Below are positions 50,201 to 62,885 of a DNA stretch of 64,000 bases, one piece after another. How positions within the stretch are numbered: position 1 is the first letter of the stretch; each line of letters starts with the position of its first letter. The DNA is from Takakia lepidozioides. Its lineage: Eukaryota; Plantae; Bryophyta. The position numbers and the translations under genes are program-made. The notes beneath the pieces were generated by a model, which saw nothing but the letters and a program-made list of their open reading frames with translations, searched no databases and had not been told where the DNA came from. The stretch covers positions 39,680,001 through 39,744,000 of the forward strand of contig CM060732.1 of the NCBI GenBank assembly GCA_030704615.1, read 5' to 3'.

Positions 50201-53200
50201 TGGGAGCAGGTTGCAGAAATGCAACTGGGAGGCCTGAGTTGTTTTAAAGGTATGTGCTGTGGTGCAGTAACAACAACACCAATTGAGGGGGAAACAAGTA
50301 GTTACCCACCACATTTCTATGAGGAAAGAGAGGGAGAAATGGAAATCCTAGAAGAACCAGCCACTGTGAGTTTACAGGATAAAGTAGTGGCTGGATGGAC
50401 AATCACAGCTGAAGAGGAGGTGAGAGATGTGAATGTGGGAACTGAAGAGGAACCAAGAATGGTGAAAGTAGGGGCTGACTTGGAGCCAGAATTCTTTGAG
50501 GACGCTAAGAGCCTGTTTATCAAATACAAAGATGTATTTGCATGGAGTTATGAGGATCTGAAAGGGATACCACCTGAGATTTGTCAGCATAAGATTGAAC
50601 TGGAACTAGGGTCAGTGCCAATCAAACAGGCAAGGTACATGATGAATCCCAACTATGCACAGAAGGTTGGGGAAGAGATCAAGAAGTTGGCTGAGGCTAA
50701 GTTCATATACCCAATAGAGTATACAACTTGGTTGTCACCCATTGTGATAGTTCCCAAGAAGAATGGTAAACTGAGAGTTTGTGTGAACTATAAGAAGTTG
50801 AATGCTTGTCCAAAGAGAGATCCATTTCCTTTGCCATTCACAGAAGCGGTACTGGACAATGTGGCAGGCCATGAGATGTACTCATTCATGGATGGCTTTA
50901 GTGGATATAACCAAGTACAAGTGGCGGAAGAAGACCAGGGAAAGACAACTTTTATCACAGACTGGGGTGCATATGCATACAAGGTCATGCCATTTGGACT
51001 TTGTAATGCACCAGCAACTTTTCAGAGAGTGATAAGTGAATCCTTCCATGAGTATCTGGATGATTTCATGCACGTGTTCTTAGATGACTTCAGTGTGTAC
51101 AACTCTAAGAATGAGCACCTGCAGAAGTTGGAATTATGTTTGGCCAGATGCAGGATGAGAGGTCTTGGTCTGAATCCAGAAAAGTGTATTTTCTGTGTGA
51201 ATTCAGAGAAACTTCTGGGACACATTGTGTGTAAGAGGGGACTGCTTGTGGATCCCAGAAAGACAGAGGCCATTAAAGCATCACCACCACCAAGAAATGC
51301 TAAAAGTCTATGGAGATTCCTTGGACAAACCAGTTACTACAGAAGATTTGTTAGACGGTATGCACATATGGCAGCACCTTTGAGCAAACTTCTGAAGAAG
51401 GATGCAGTGTTTACATGGACAGCTGAATGTCAACAGGCTTTTGAGGCACTTACATTGTCAGTAACAACTACACCTGTGCTGATTAATCTACACTGGCATG
51501 TAGTATTTCATATACACTGTGATGCCTCAAGAGAAGCGTTGGGAGCAGTGTTAGCCCAAAATATCACAGGAAACATAGATTCACCTGTGTACTATGCTAG
51601 CAGATTATTGAACAGTGCTGAAAAGAACTATAGCACCACTGAAAGAGAAGCATTGGCAATGATTTATGCAGTCAAGAAATTCAGGCATTACCTATTGGGA
51701 AGGAAGTTTATGTTTTATGTGGATCATCAGGCTTTGATTTATCTGGTGAACAAGCCTTTGATAAGTGGCAGGATAGCAAGATGGTTAATAATCTTGCACG
51801 AGTTTGAATTCGAAGTGGTTTACAAGCCTGGTCGTTTGCATCTTGTGGCAGATCACTTGTCACGCCTATCAACAGGAGAGCCCGCCAAGGGAGTAGACGA
51901 CCAACTACCTGATGCGAGTCTATTTGCAGTGGAGGTGCAAGGAAGTACAGATGATTGGTTAGATTGGCAGTGGCCAATCAGATACTACCTTACTCATGGT
52001 CAGTGCCCACCCAGTTATGGGAAGGAACATAGGAAGATAATAGCTATCGAGGCTTTACCCTACACTATGATAGGTGGCAGATTGTATAAGCTAGGACCTG
52101 ATGGAGTTCTTAAACAATGCTTGTACCACCATGAAGTAAATAAAGTTTTGGAAGAAGTTCATAAATGAATAGCTGGAGGTCATTTTGGAGAGGAGACTAC
52201 GAGCAGAAAAATACTACTTCCAGGTTACTGGTGGCCTACTCTGTTCAAAGATGTGCACAAGTATTGCAAGAGTTGTGATGAGTGTTAGAGGCTAGGACCT
52301 TTGCAAAGATATGGAAAGATGGTTTTTCAGAAATGGGGACTAGACTTTGTTGGACCAATAAACCCACCAGCCAGAAATACACAAAACAAAGTATATAATC
52401 ACAGCCACTGATTATACTACAAAGTGGGTGGAAGCTAAAGCTCTGAGGGACAGCACAGCTAAGTCTATAGCGAGGTTTCTGTATGAGAACATACTTACAA
52501 GATTTGGCTATCCCCTGGAATTTATCAGTGACCAGGGAAGTCACTTCATTAATGAGACCATAGAACTATTGACTAAAGAGTTTATGATTGTGCACAAGAA
52601 GAATACAACCTATTACCCACAGGGCAATGGGCAGGTAGAGGCCACCAACAAAATACTATGCACTATTTTAGCTAAAATAGTCAATGCAAACAGAACAGAT
52701 TGGGATACAAAGCTGCTGACAGCTTTGTGGTCATACATGACTTCATATAAAGTCACCACTAAGTATACATCATTCCAATTAGTTTATGGTATGGAAGCTT
52801 TACTTCCAGTGGAATTCTTGTTACCTACCATGAGAACTGAATGAGGAAAGAGAATGGAATTGGAGGATTCAATTAAAATCAGGAAACATGAATTATATCA
52901 CGTGGAAAAAGTACGTGCGGATGCAGCAGATAACATGACCAGAATTTAGATAAAGAGGAAGGATCAATTTGATGAAGGTAAATTGAAAACTTTTAAGACG
53001 GGCGATTTGGTACTGTGGTTGTAGAAGAAGGGAAAGATCAAAGCTTTTAAGCTTAAGTCACCATGGAAAGGACCTTATGTCATACAGTATATGTATGATA
53101 ACAACACAGCCATGTTACAAACCATTAACAAAGAGATGCTTGGAAGAGCGAATGCCAATAAGTTGAAGGGATATAGTGGTATCCATGATAAACCATTGCA

Positions 53201-53210
53201 GTATGATTAA
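47214..53210 (+). pseudogene. gag-pol of copy 3 with nonsense mutations
   Basis: Same domains as copies 1 and 2; in-frame stops (e.g. 48317, 52166); protease D changed to N (VLINGGSG). Confidence 0.93.
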
Positions 53211-53489
53211 CATCTTGGAACACAGATGCTATCACGGGCTGCACCGGTGATACCAACGGAGCATGAAGCACTTGTCGTAAAGCCGAATGTGTATGGCCTG
53301 AGTGGAGAACACGGGTGTTCACACTGATATCACAGCCCATCACAACATCACACAACCTGTCACAGCCTATCACAACATCACACAGCCTATCACAGTTTGA
53401 CACAGCCTGTCACAGCCCAACACAGCCTACGTGGGTTGCACAGTCCATAGGGTCAGTGACAAGTGGATGCGGGTTAACGTCAGAAAAAT

Positions 53490-56400
53490 GGCCGGCAAGT
53501 GGAAGGATAGTTTGGAAGTCAAACACGGAGAATGTGCCACGCGGACAGGGGAAGACGGGAGCATGTTTAAAATCAAACACGTGGCCACTAGGGCGAAGCA
53601 CACCGCGGTGCATATATTGCAAAAGTGGGTGTCATCATGCAAGAGGACAAACTGGGCCGTCAAAGTACCTACCCGGTACATCAGCTAAAACTAATTGTGG
53701 GCCCATTAATGCATTCAGGGCAAAGGTAACGGAACCCTTTACGTGTACAGCAAAGGGGAACCTTTGCCACATGTGTTGTCCTAGTGGACATTCCAAGTGG
53801 GAATGTCCACTGAGGGGAGTAAAATTAAGAAGTTACCCAAGGGGGCAACAGCCAATCAGGAGCGAGAATTTCGTGCAGGTGGTTCCCTCCAAGAAACAAG
53901 AACAAGAAATTAGAAGAGTTATGAGCGGAAGAATCGGGGTGGCTCCGAATAACCAGCGTCTCGACGGGAGGGGCAATCAAAGCTATAGCTTTGTAGCTAT
54001 GGCGGATATTACGGACTACACATTAGCTTTACTTCTCACGCAGTGGCACAAGGACGGGCGGGTTGAAAGGACATTTTCTCTCACTCAGTATTTGCAAGCC
54101 CCACAGGCTTACACGCACTTACCCATTCCTTTCCGTGCCAACCATACTTTTATGCTCTACGCCCTGCAAGCTTTCCTAAAGCTATTTCAGACAAGGCCAT
54201 CTTGTTTGCCTGGGATGAAGAGAATTAGGGGAATGGAGGATATCAGGGTGAAGAGCACCACAATTCTACAGAAGCAAACAATTTGCTACACCACAGGCAG
54301 TGCAGCTGCTGAAGGAGTTGCGATTGGAAGGGCTGCTTCGCAAGGAATGGTCCTTGCATCATCGGAAGTATATGATTCAATTTGTTCAGAACTTTGAGCC
54401 TCGGACAGGAGTTACACAGGTGAGGGGAGTAGACATAGAGATTACTCCCCAGTACTTGCAGCAACTGTTTGAATTGCCATCTGGGCATGTAAATGTGGAT
54501 GAACACATGGCAAGATTGCAAATGGTCAATTTGGTCCAAGAAGCGAGTTTCTTTAAAACTCAAGGATACACTTGCACCAAGGCCGAGTACCCAGGGTTAA
54601 GGGAAGTTGGCCAAATACTGAATGTTTTGTTTGTCATGAAACAGAACCAACAGTACCTTAGCAGATCATTCACGAAGGAAATACTGAAAGCCTTGAGGGG
54701 AGAGAATGTGGCTTGGGCGCAATTGATGTACAATGGTCTGGTGGAAGAGATGAAGCGGTTACAGGGCATTGTTGCTAAGTCTCCGATCATTGTGTCTGGC
54801 CCAGTGATTGCGCAAATTATCCTTGATTCTTGTATACTAGATGCGCGAGAACGCAAGGAGATGGGAGTGTTTGAAACAGCCACAACTGCAATTGAGGAGC
54901 AGGGCTCGTCACATGGTGAAGGAGGATTGGAGGGGCAACACCAGTCCAAGAAACAGAAGCGGGATACGACTGTGGCAGATCCACTATCTTCAAGGAAACC
55001 ACAAGATGATGTTTCCATAGCACTTGTGCAGAATGAGGAGGAGCAGCACAGGGGGCTGTTATTGCTGGAAGCACGGCCTTTGGAGAGGGAGGAAGAAGTC
55101 ACCTCAATACCACAGCCACCACAGCCAGTTGACTCAATTGTTCCGGGGGACACTCAGTTAGTCCATGTTGTTACACCAGAGCCTATTGTGGTGGAAGGGG
55201 AAGGGTTGGACATTCCCACGACAGAGCAGGTAGTTGCAGAAATTGAGAAGGGTGACATTCTCTATGAAAACTTTGGCTTGGTCAGGGAACCAGTGGTACC
55301 CAAGATGCAGAGTTTGTCCAAGCAAGCCCCTGCTGTGCATGTGATACCCGAACCTGTGGCGGAGGTTCCAGGAGTAGACTGTCAGGGCACTGCAGCACCT
55401 ACGGCGGATCAGGTGGCTCAGGAGCAGGATCTTATGGGATCATGGCCTGATTGGTTCGTGAAACATCAAACTGTGGAAGATCAAGGAGAACAGCAGCAAG
55501 TTCACCATGAAGACCCATAGCAGGCCATGCTATGAGTTCCATAAGCAGGACACTCAATTTGTTGGGCACTTATGTGAAATCCCATGTTCCATCCACACAA
55601 TTGGCAGCTTTGAGGGAGGAACTCAAGCAGGAGTTTGAGGCTAGAATCGCCACGGAGTGTGCAAACAAGGTGGATGTGGAGGCCAACCTCAAGTTGCAGA
55701 AAGAGTTGGAGGACACGAAGGCTACTCTGCAGCTAGCAAAGGGGAATCTGATTGAAGCAGGTCTGGAGCAGGGGAAGTTGCATGAAGCACACAAGCAACA
55801 GCTATACCAATTGCAGGTGAAGCATGAGGGCAAATTGCAGGAAGTGAACGTGCTCCATACAAAGTTGGAGGCAGTTCATCGGAAAATGACCATCCAATGT
55901 GCCACACTAACAACTGCTCTGGACCAAACTGCATTAGAAGTTAATAGACAAGCAGAGAGGTGTATGATGGCAGAGGGTGAGACAATAGAGCAAGGGAAAC
56001 TCATTGCTGATTTGAAGGCTACAATCTGTCGCAATGAGAATACTTTCCAATAGTACAGTCAGGTTGAGGCTGAGAAGGAAAGGTATATCCTGGAGTTGCA
56101 GCAAACACTCATGGTCCATAAGAATGAACTCTCTATGGCTAACAAGGCTTGGAAGGAAGCCAACAATCTGTCTGCTGTCTATGCGGCCCTGGTTGAACCT
56201 CATGCGAAGCGCATGGAGGCTTTACAGTAGCAGTTAGATGTGTATAGACTCAAGGAGGAGCAGGCTCTCAGGGGTGCACACAGGACTTGGTGGATAATCA
56301 TCTTATGCAAGTATGGTTAACACAAGGGCCGGTGGAAGGGAAGGCACCAAGGAAGCTCACCCAGGGGGAGATGAATGATCTCAGGTTGCAGGTACAGAAC

Positions 56401-57778
56401 ATTGCCACAATTACTATAGACAATGTCTATAGTAGGATAGTGGAGTTACATGATGATGTAGAAGGGCTGCAGACTCAAGTGGATGACTTGAGTTCCAACA
56501 TTGACAAAAGGTTCTTTGTTCCTGAGGAGCAGTTGATGGCTACTTATTTGCATGCCAAGACTCTGATTTTTCAGTCTTCATCACAGGAGGTGCAAGAGTT
56601 GCCAGCAGTAGGAGGGACAATGGTGGCAATATCACAGCCCCCACAGCAGGTGGCTGTGCAGGTGACTGACACTGTTGATACCATGCTGAAGCCACAGTCT
56701 GAGGTTTGGGGGGATGTTGTTTTTAACCCACCAAGGACTCCTGCTGCACTGGAGTACAATCGGGCTATGATTATGCCTTTCAACCAAATTCCCATTGTGA
56801 TGGATTTTGGCTTGGAAGGAATTCAGTCCTCCACAGTCTTTGGCACATTATTACCAGATCATGTGCATTTGGTTGCCGGTGGCAACTCGGACTAAGGTTC
56901 TTCCGAACAATCGACCCATTGAGGATCATCATTTTGCAAGGTACTGGTCTGAGGCAGGCACCATGCTGAAGGAATTAATTGCCTTCCAGGTTGTTCATGG
57001 GTACATCTACACCAAGACCAATGAGGTATCTAGTTTGGTCATGGGCTGTGGATTGTACTATGCTGCTTATTTCCTTGCACGTTATCACATTAGGCAGCAG
57101 AAGATGCAGTCAAGATTTCTGAGTTATTCCAGTGGAGATCATTGGGTCTTACCTTCAGTTCCACCCCATATGTATCTGTATGATGCGAAAGTCATGATGC
57201 AGAAGGATTCCCAGCTTTGTTCATGGTTTAATTTGGCTTGGAACAACTTGGCCAAAGAAAAATTGGGCCCTGACGATATTTTTTATAAGGGACATGAAGC
57301 CTGGAAATACTTACACTGTTCCAAAGTCGTTGGCACACCTCTCACCTATACGGCCAAGGAGTTCACGGAGTTCACTCATTTTGCTTGCAAGAGATTAAAG
57401 CAAGTAGTACAGTTCAAGCTTCCGGTCATGGTGGGCCAACACTGTATGCCACGCAGGATTCTTGAGGAGCCACTTAAAGTTCGGCCACCGAAACACCTCA
57501 GGGGGGAAGATGATTATGATACTACTGGTTCTACGGAGGAACCTTTTGACATGGCGGAGGACTATGCACTACAGATGGCAGAGAAGAAATGGCGGGGATC
57601 TCCTATGCCTGAGAGGTTACCTCGTTATCAACCACAGGAGGGTCAAACATTTCCATTTGGTGCTCAATCGCCTCCATCAGCCAGTGACAGGGCTCGGGCT
57701 CGCACACAGAGCCCTCCAAATGACTCTCACCGTCAAAAGGGTGCTCGCTCACAAATGTTTGCTGATCCTAAACAGTAA
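53490..57778 (+). pseudogene. Extra 3' ORF of copy 3
   Basis: Fragments 53315-54397 (CHMCCPSGHSKWEC knuckle), 54300-55520, 55532-56053 (coiled coil), 56287-56895, 56807-57778. Confidence 0.8.
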
Positions 57779-59156
57779 ACCATGAGGACACGACTTTTTG
57801 AGAGGGGGAGGGGTAAATGCTAGAGGGCTATCTGGGACTTAGACATGTTTACGGGTTCTGTGGGGTACCCTTAATTTTTGCGTAGACTTACGGATGGTAG
57901 ACTTAGACCAACAAAGGCTTTAGGGGTGGAAGACAGACTTACACACTCAGTCACAGTCAGACACAACCTTACACAGCCCGACACAGCCTTACACAGTTAG
58001 TCACAGTCTATCACAACTCGACACAGCTTCGCACAGCCAGTCACAGCCCGACACAGCCCGACACAGCTAGTCACAGCTCGGCACAGTCACAGCCCGACAC
58101 AGCTTGGCACAACCCGTCACAGCGTACGTAGGGAACGGTTATCATTGGCAGGGAACGACATCTGCAGAAGGAACCTGCTTACTTCTTGGGTGACGGTTAG
58201 TTAGTTAGGCGATTAAAACAGCTTGCAGGTAGATTAGGCAGAGTAGCAACTTGGAGAGGGACTTCGGGCATCAGGACTTGGTCATCGGGAAGAGGAGGAG
58301 GCTTCGGCCTGATACTTGATAGATCTTAATCTGATATATTCCATACTCACACTGTGTAGAGAGACCTGAGTGAAGCTGTGGAATGAATGGATGAGTGATT
58401 GAGAACCTGGAAGATTGCTGAAGCAATCTAATGCATAAATATAAACAGTAAGGTAATTTGCTGACATGAAGGCAAGAAAGAATACAAACATGAAACACTT
58501 CCATGATACACTAGTTGTAGGTCATGACTGATTGTTCTGAGCGGGCTTAGTGCTTAGAGATATCCAACTCTTCTATCTTGGAGTTCCCACCACGGATAGC
58601 AAAGGGATGGGTGAGTAAAAGCCGCTCGATAGGGACGATCCCTCGGATAGTGGAGCGATTACCCGAGAGAAGAGCTGCTTGTCGCCCTCCATCCCTAAAA
58701 AAATGCCTGCCTGCATGGAAGGAAGCCCCTGCAGGAGAGAAATTCCATACACCGAATGATAAGCGATGCCATGTGACAAGATCCAAACTGTATGTGGAAA
58801 CTAGAAAGTGCTTAGATACGAACTTGTACCCATGGAGAGGTCAAAATTTGGATGAAAATAGAATGGATGAATGTAAAATGTCGATTCCAATCCGCTTATC
58901 GCGTAAGCAAGGTAAAAAGCTTGAAGAGGGAAGAAGTTGCTTTGGAGGAGAGAGGGGGCGATGCTGCTTTCCGTGTACGATGACCAATAGGTTTCGTCTG
59001 CAGCAATCTCACAAGAGGATTCCTTCTCGGTCGCACCCCTTTCTGTGACCTTCCTATGTTGCATCTTGTGTTCCATCTCTACTGAGTGAATTTGCTCGAC
59101 CACATCGCAAAGAGTCATTGCAATGGTATGTCTGAATGGCTACATGTCTGGGTCTG

Positions 59157-60842
59157 GATTAAGATGGCGTTGACGCCAGCTTAATCTCCACCCCTCTAAG
59201 CTTAAGAAAATTGAAAAACAGAAAAGAAGCAACCACTCAAGTCCTACCGTCTGTTTGTGTATCTGTATGTGTGTTTGTCTGTTTGTGCACATGTCTGTCT
59301 GTCTACCTGTCTATCTGGGTCTGGATTAAGATGGCGTTGACGCCATCTTAATCTCCACCCCTCTAAGCAGAAGAATATTGGAAAAATTCAAGGGTCATAA
59401 AGAAGCTCAACGGAAATTGTATGTGTTGTTGAGTTTAAATAAGTGTATTTTAATTTGGCAGAAGCTTAATTCCAGCCCAGAAGAGCATCCAGATTAAGGT
59501 GTCAGTAAAATTTATTAAAAAAACAGTTTTTTTTTTAGTTTTTAGTTTTTTTCCCCCTTCCGAATGTGCTAGATTAAGGTCGTTGACGACACCTTAATCT
59601 GAGGTAAAATAGTTTTCTTATAATCTCACAAATTCAACGGTAAAAAATCCTTCGATTTACTATGTTGTGGATGATGCAGATAGGGATGGATCGAAAGGTT
59701 CATTTACCTGGATGATTTAGGGTAGGTAGATATGACCTCATGAATAAAGCTATATACTCATTCAGGATGGGCCCACCCAAAAGGTGCTCGTCGCTAAGGA
59801 TTAATTCCAGCCCAGAAGACCAACCAGATTAAGGTGGCGTCAACGCCACCTTAACCCCGAGCTATTTTTTGGTTGACCCACCCTTATGGACAATGGTGTA
59901 ACTTCTTACCCCCAATGAATCATGGGGATGAACCTTATACTTATGTGCATATCTACTAGATCCATGTCTTGTCAAAAATATAGGCAAATTGACCGTTGCA
60001 TTCCAGAGATTATAACAAACTAATATGCCCCAATTTATAAATATATTAAAAAATTACATGGAAAAATTTGTTTGACCACAAGATTGAAGTATCGAGTTAA
60101 ATCTTTTTAGACAAAGGCCCTCCAAAATCTGATTATATGGCACCTAAACTACTGCCTCCCCAAAAAATCAGACCAAAATTCCAAAAATTCAGATAGGCTG
60201 CTTTGTATGTGAAATCGGGGGGTATCTTGTTTTGGCTTCTTTCCCAAGTACACCCATGAGGTGACATTTGTTTTCCAATTCCTTTGGTAAATAAGTGCAC
60301 AGTAACATTTCATGGTGCCTTGTCCAAATTTTTTGGCATTATGATGAATTTTCAGCCCTAGATGTTATCTTGAAGATTGCCCATTTGGCTGCCACATAGG
60401 CATGTCAATGGTGCTCTAACACTGGAATTCCTGAAACCCTGGCACTTTGCAAAATTCTAGGGAACAGAGCTTTTATGATTTTTTGGCGTTGTAAATTCCC
60501 ACATGTGCTCCTCTCTGACATCTACAATTCGTCTTCAAGGTTCACTTCCATCCACTATCATCCCTAGGAACTGAAGCGTGGCAAGTAATCTGACGCGACC
60601 CGATTCGGGTCGCGTCGTCCTTTAGGGGTTAATCTGGCACATTCCGAAGGGGGAAAAAAATAAAAAATAAAAAATAAAAAATCCCCCAAATGTTCCAGAT
60701 TAATTCCCAGCCCTTATTGGAACATGACAATTCACCCCAAAAACAATAAAAACAATAAAAACTAAATAAAAGCCTTGGCGAGCAGCTGTGTTCGTAGATG
60801 GAAACAGGCTCGGCATTAAAGTGGCGTCAACGCCACCTTAAT
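59157..60842. repeat. Dispersed ~30-bp palindromes GATTAAG(A/G)TGGCGT.(G/A)ACGCCA.CTTAATC, probably hAT subterminal repeats
   Basis: Copies at 59157-59186, 59324-59353, 59572-59599, 59827-59854 (continued at 60633) and 60815-60842, downstream of the hAT ORF. Confidence 0.75.
59855..60628. mobile_element. piggyBac-like MITE (degenerate) in a TTAA site
   Basis: TTAA at 59851-59854 and 60629-60632, CCC...GGG termini; excision restores a complete palindrome copy; ends are homologous to the 60866-62009 element in opposite orientation. Confidence 0.65.
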
Positions 60843-60865
60843 TCCCAGCCCCTGTTGGAACTTAA

Positions 60866-62009
60866 CCCTTCAAGGACGAGGCGACCCGTATCGGGTCGGG
60901 TCGAAATTTCGATTGGATGATAAATGTGCAGATCATGTTGGATGAAAACGATTCCTGAACGAAAAGTGTAGCCCATAAATATTTACGGCCCCATGTGTTG
61001 ATCGCACCCTAAAAAATCTAATCCCCGGCCGTCAGGATTTTTTGGAATCTGGAGGGGTACCCAAAATCCTGTGGTTTTGGGCCCGTCAGCAGGTTGACTG
61101 GCAGACGTGGCAGGCAGGATTGGGGGGGGGGGGCGTTTGCCGGCATGGGGTGACAGCGGGGGGCTGCATGTCCGCCCGTGCGGACAGCGGCGGACCCCCG
61201 GCACGCGCGAAACGCCAGGCACGTGGCCCAATCAGGTGGCAGGTGGCGGGAGATTCTCACCCGCGTAGGGTTTAGGTGCGTGGCCCAATCAGGTGGCCGT
61301 TGGCAGGTCATGGAGGGAGAGCGCTGAAACGCAGGGTGGAGGGCCCCCTGACTTCCTTGGTTTGTGATGACGTGGCCGGATTTTTTTGGCCGGAAATGTC
61401 CACCGGCTCCGGCAATTCTTGGCCGGAGCTGGGATTCAAGTAGGGATTCGGTTATTTGGCAATCTTTGCCAACAAACAGCTTAGAATGTGGAATTTTTTT
61501 TCCAGGGTACTCGGTAGGTAGGCAAACAACAACATGACGAGAGGAATTTGGATTCCCTCACAAATTGCCCCACATTTGGGGGGATGTGTTTTTCCCATGA
61601 GAGAAATTGGCATTTTGACCCCCCTGTTTTCCCATACAAAGCAACCATTATGCATTTTTGGAATTTGGCTCTGGAATTTTGGGAGGCTTTGCTGTGGGTG
61701 CCATATAATCTGAATCTGGGTAGGCTGTATCAATGAAAAATAAAAAGGTTGGCAATCTGCTTGGTCAAACCAAATTTTCATGTTGAAAATATATCCAACA
61801 AAAAAAAAAGCCTAGAATTTTTGTTATAATCTTCCACTTTAGACGGTCAATTCTCCTGAAATTTTTACTTCAGGTGCATGAAGTAGGTAGGATGACTTTG
61901 GAACGGTTCATCCCCTCGGATGTTTGTCCAATTGGAGATACACCCTCATCCGTGAGGGTATGTCTGGTTTTAGACGGGGCCCACCAAAAACAGGCTCGTC
62001 CTTGAAGGG
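60866..62009. mobile_element. piggyBac-like non-autonomous element
   Basis: Perfect 15-bp TIR CCCTTCAAGGACGAG / CTCGTCCTTGAAGGG flanked by TTAA on both sides (60862-60865, 62010-62013); no transposase inside. Confidence 0.8.
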
Positions 62010-62885
62010 TTAATTCCAACCCTTGAAGGGTTAATTCCAACCGAGAAGAGCAGGTCCTCCCAAAATTCGGTCATAAAAAATGGTTTGACCAAGCTTTGAA
62101 TCTACCTTCTAGATTTTTTTTTTGTGAATGCTCATCACAGTCAACACCCTTGCCACCTAGGTGACCTTGTCACCAAATTTCAGAAGCAAATTTGAAATTT
62201 ATGAGGGGCTCATATGTATGTGAAATTGGGGGATAAAAATGACATCCAGGTACACTGGATTAGGAAAGAGACGCTGAAATTTGCATCAAAACTGGAATTC
62301 TGAACGGTCATTCAGTGCCATGTCGGATTCCTCACTGACCTGCAAAATTTCAAAACATTCCACAAATGCAGTAGGTCCTGATTTTGGAAACAACATTTTT
62401 TGAGTCACATTGCACGTGGGCAGCGTCCGGGAAATATTTTGAGTTGAACCAGCCAGTGGCCGCTCATTTTCAGCACCAACCGGCTAAGTGGGTTGGGGGG
62501 TCGGCTGCTGCCCCTTGGTGGTAACTTCAGGCGGTCAATTTCCTACATATTGTTTTACAACCGGTAATATTCCTTCTTCTTTTTTGTGTGTTCGGCTATA
62601 AATCCGGCCATTGTACATATCAACCGGTTCATTTCCTGCAAATGAAAAATAAATTCAGCTGCATACAAATTCAACAAATGAACAACAATAAATAATCACA
62701 ACCAATTTTAAGCAATTCAAACAAGTGCAGAAAATTATCCTTGGCAGGAGTTGAACCTGTCAATGCCCTCCACCAGTTGGAGGCCAAGGATCGAACCCTT
62801 CTAAAATGCAAGGACCTCAACCAAAAATTGAAGGGCCTTGAATTTTAGAAGCGTTACCTATCTAAACAAACAAACAAACATAAAT

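Larger units (their letters stand above)
45677..58631 (+). mobile_element. Ty3/gypsy LTR retrotransposon copy 3 (diverged subfamily), full length with 5-bp TSD
   Basis: TSD GGGAC at 45672-45676 and 58632-58636; 5' LTR 45677-46605, PBS 46608-46625, gag from 47214, pol ORF 49166-52168 with integrase to ~53209, 3' ORF ~53490-57778, PPT 57799-57815, 3' LTR 57818-58631 (terminal CA changed to TA). Confidence 0.97.
45216..58692 (-). pseudogene. Putative small host gene whose exon is split by LTR copy 3
   Basis: Removing the element and one TSD gives open MEGDKQLFSRVIAPLSEGSSHSTQTDKIVVEPDLQEPEALEVDSDFT|GTGAGT (58692-58632 + 45671-45591), which splices in phase to 45373-45216; no family recognised. 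Confidence 0.35.

Noticed and set aside
59157-60842. CRISPR-like appearance of spaced palindromes
   Set aside because: Eukaryotic context, long irregular spacers that are partly repeated, no cas genes.
62735-62855. Two B-box/T-loop-like motifs on the minus strand and a small inverted repeat
   Set aside because: No cloverleaf or A box; not a tRNA gene, and likely part of the hAT 3' region.
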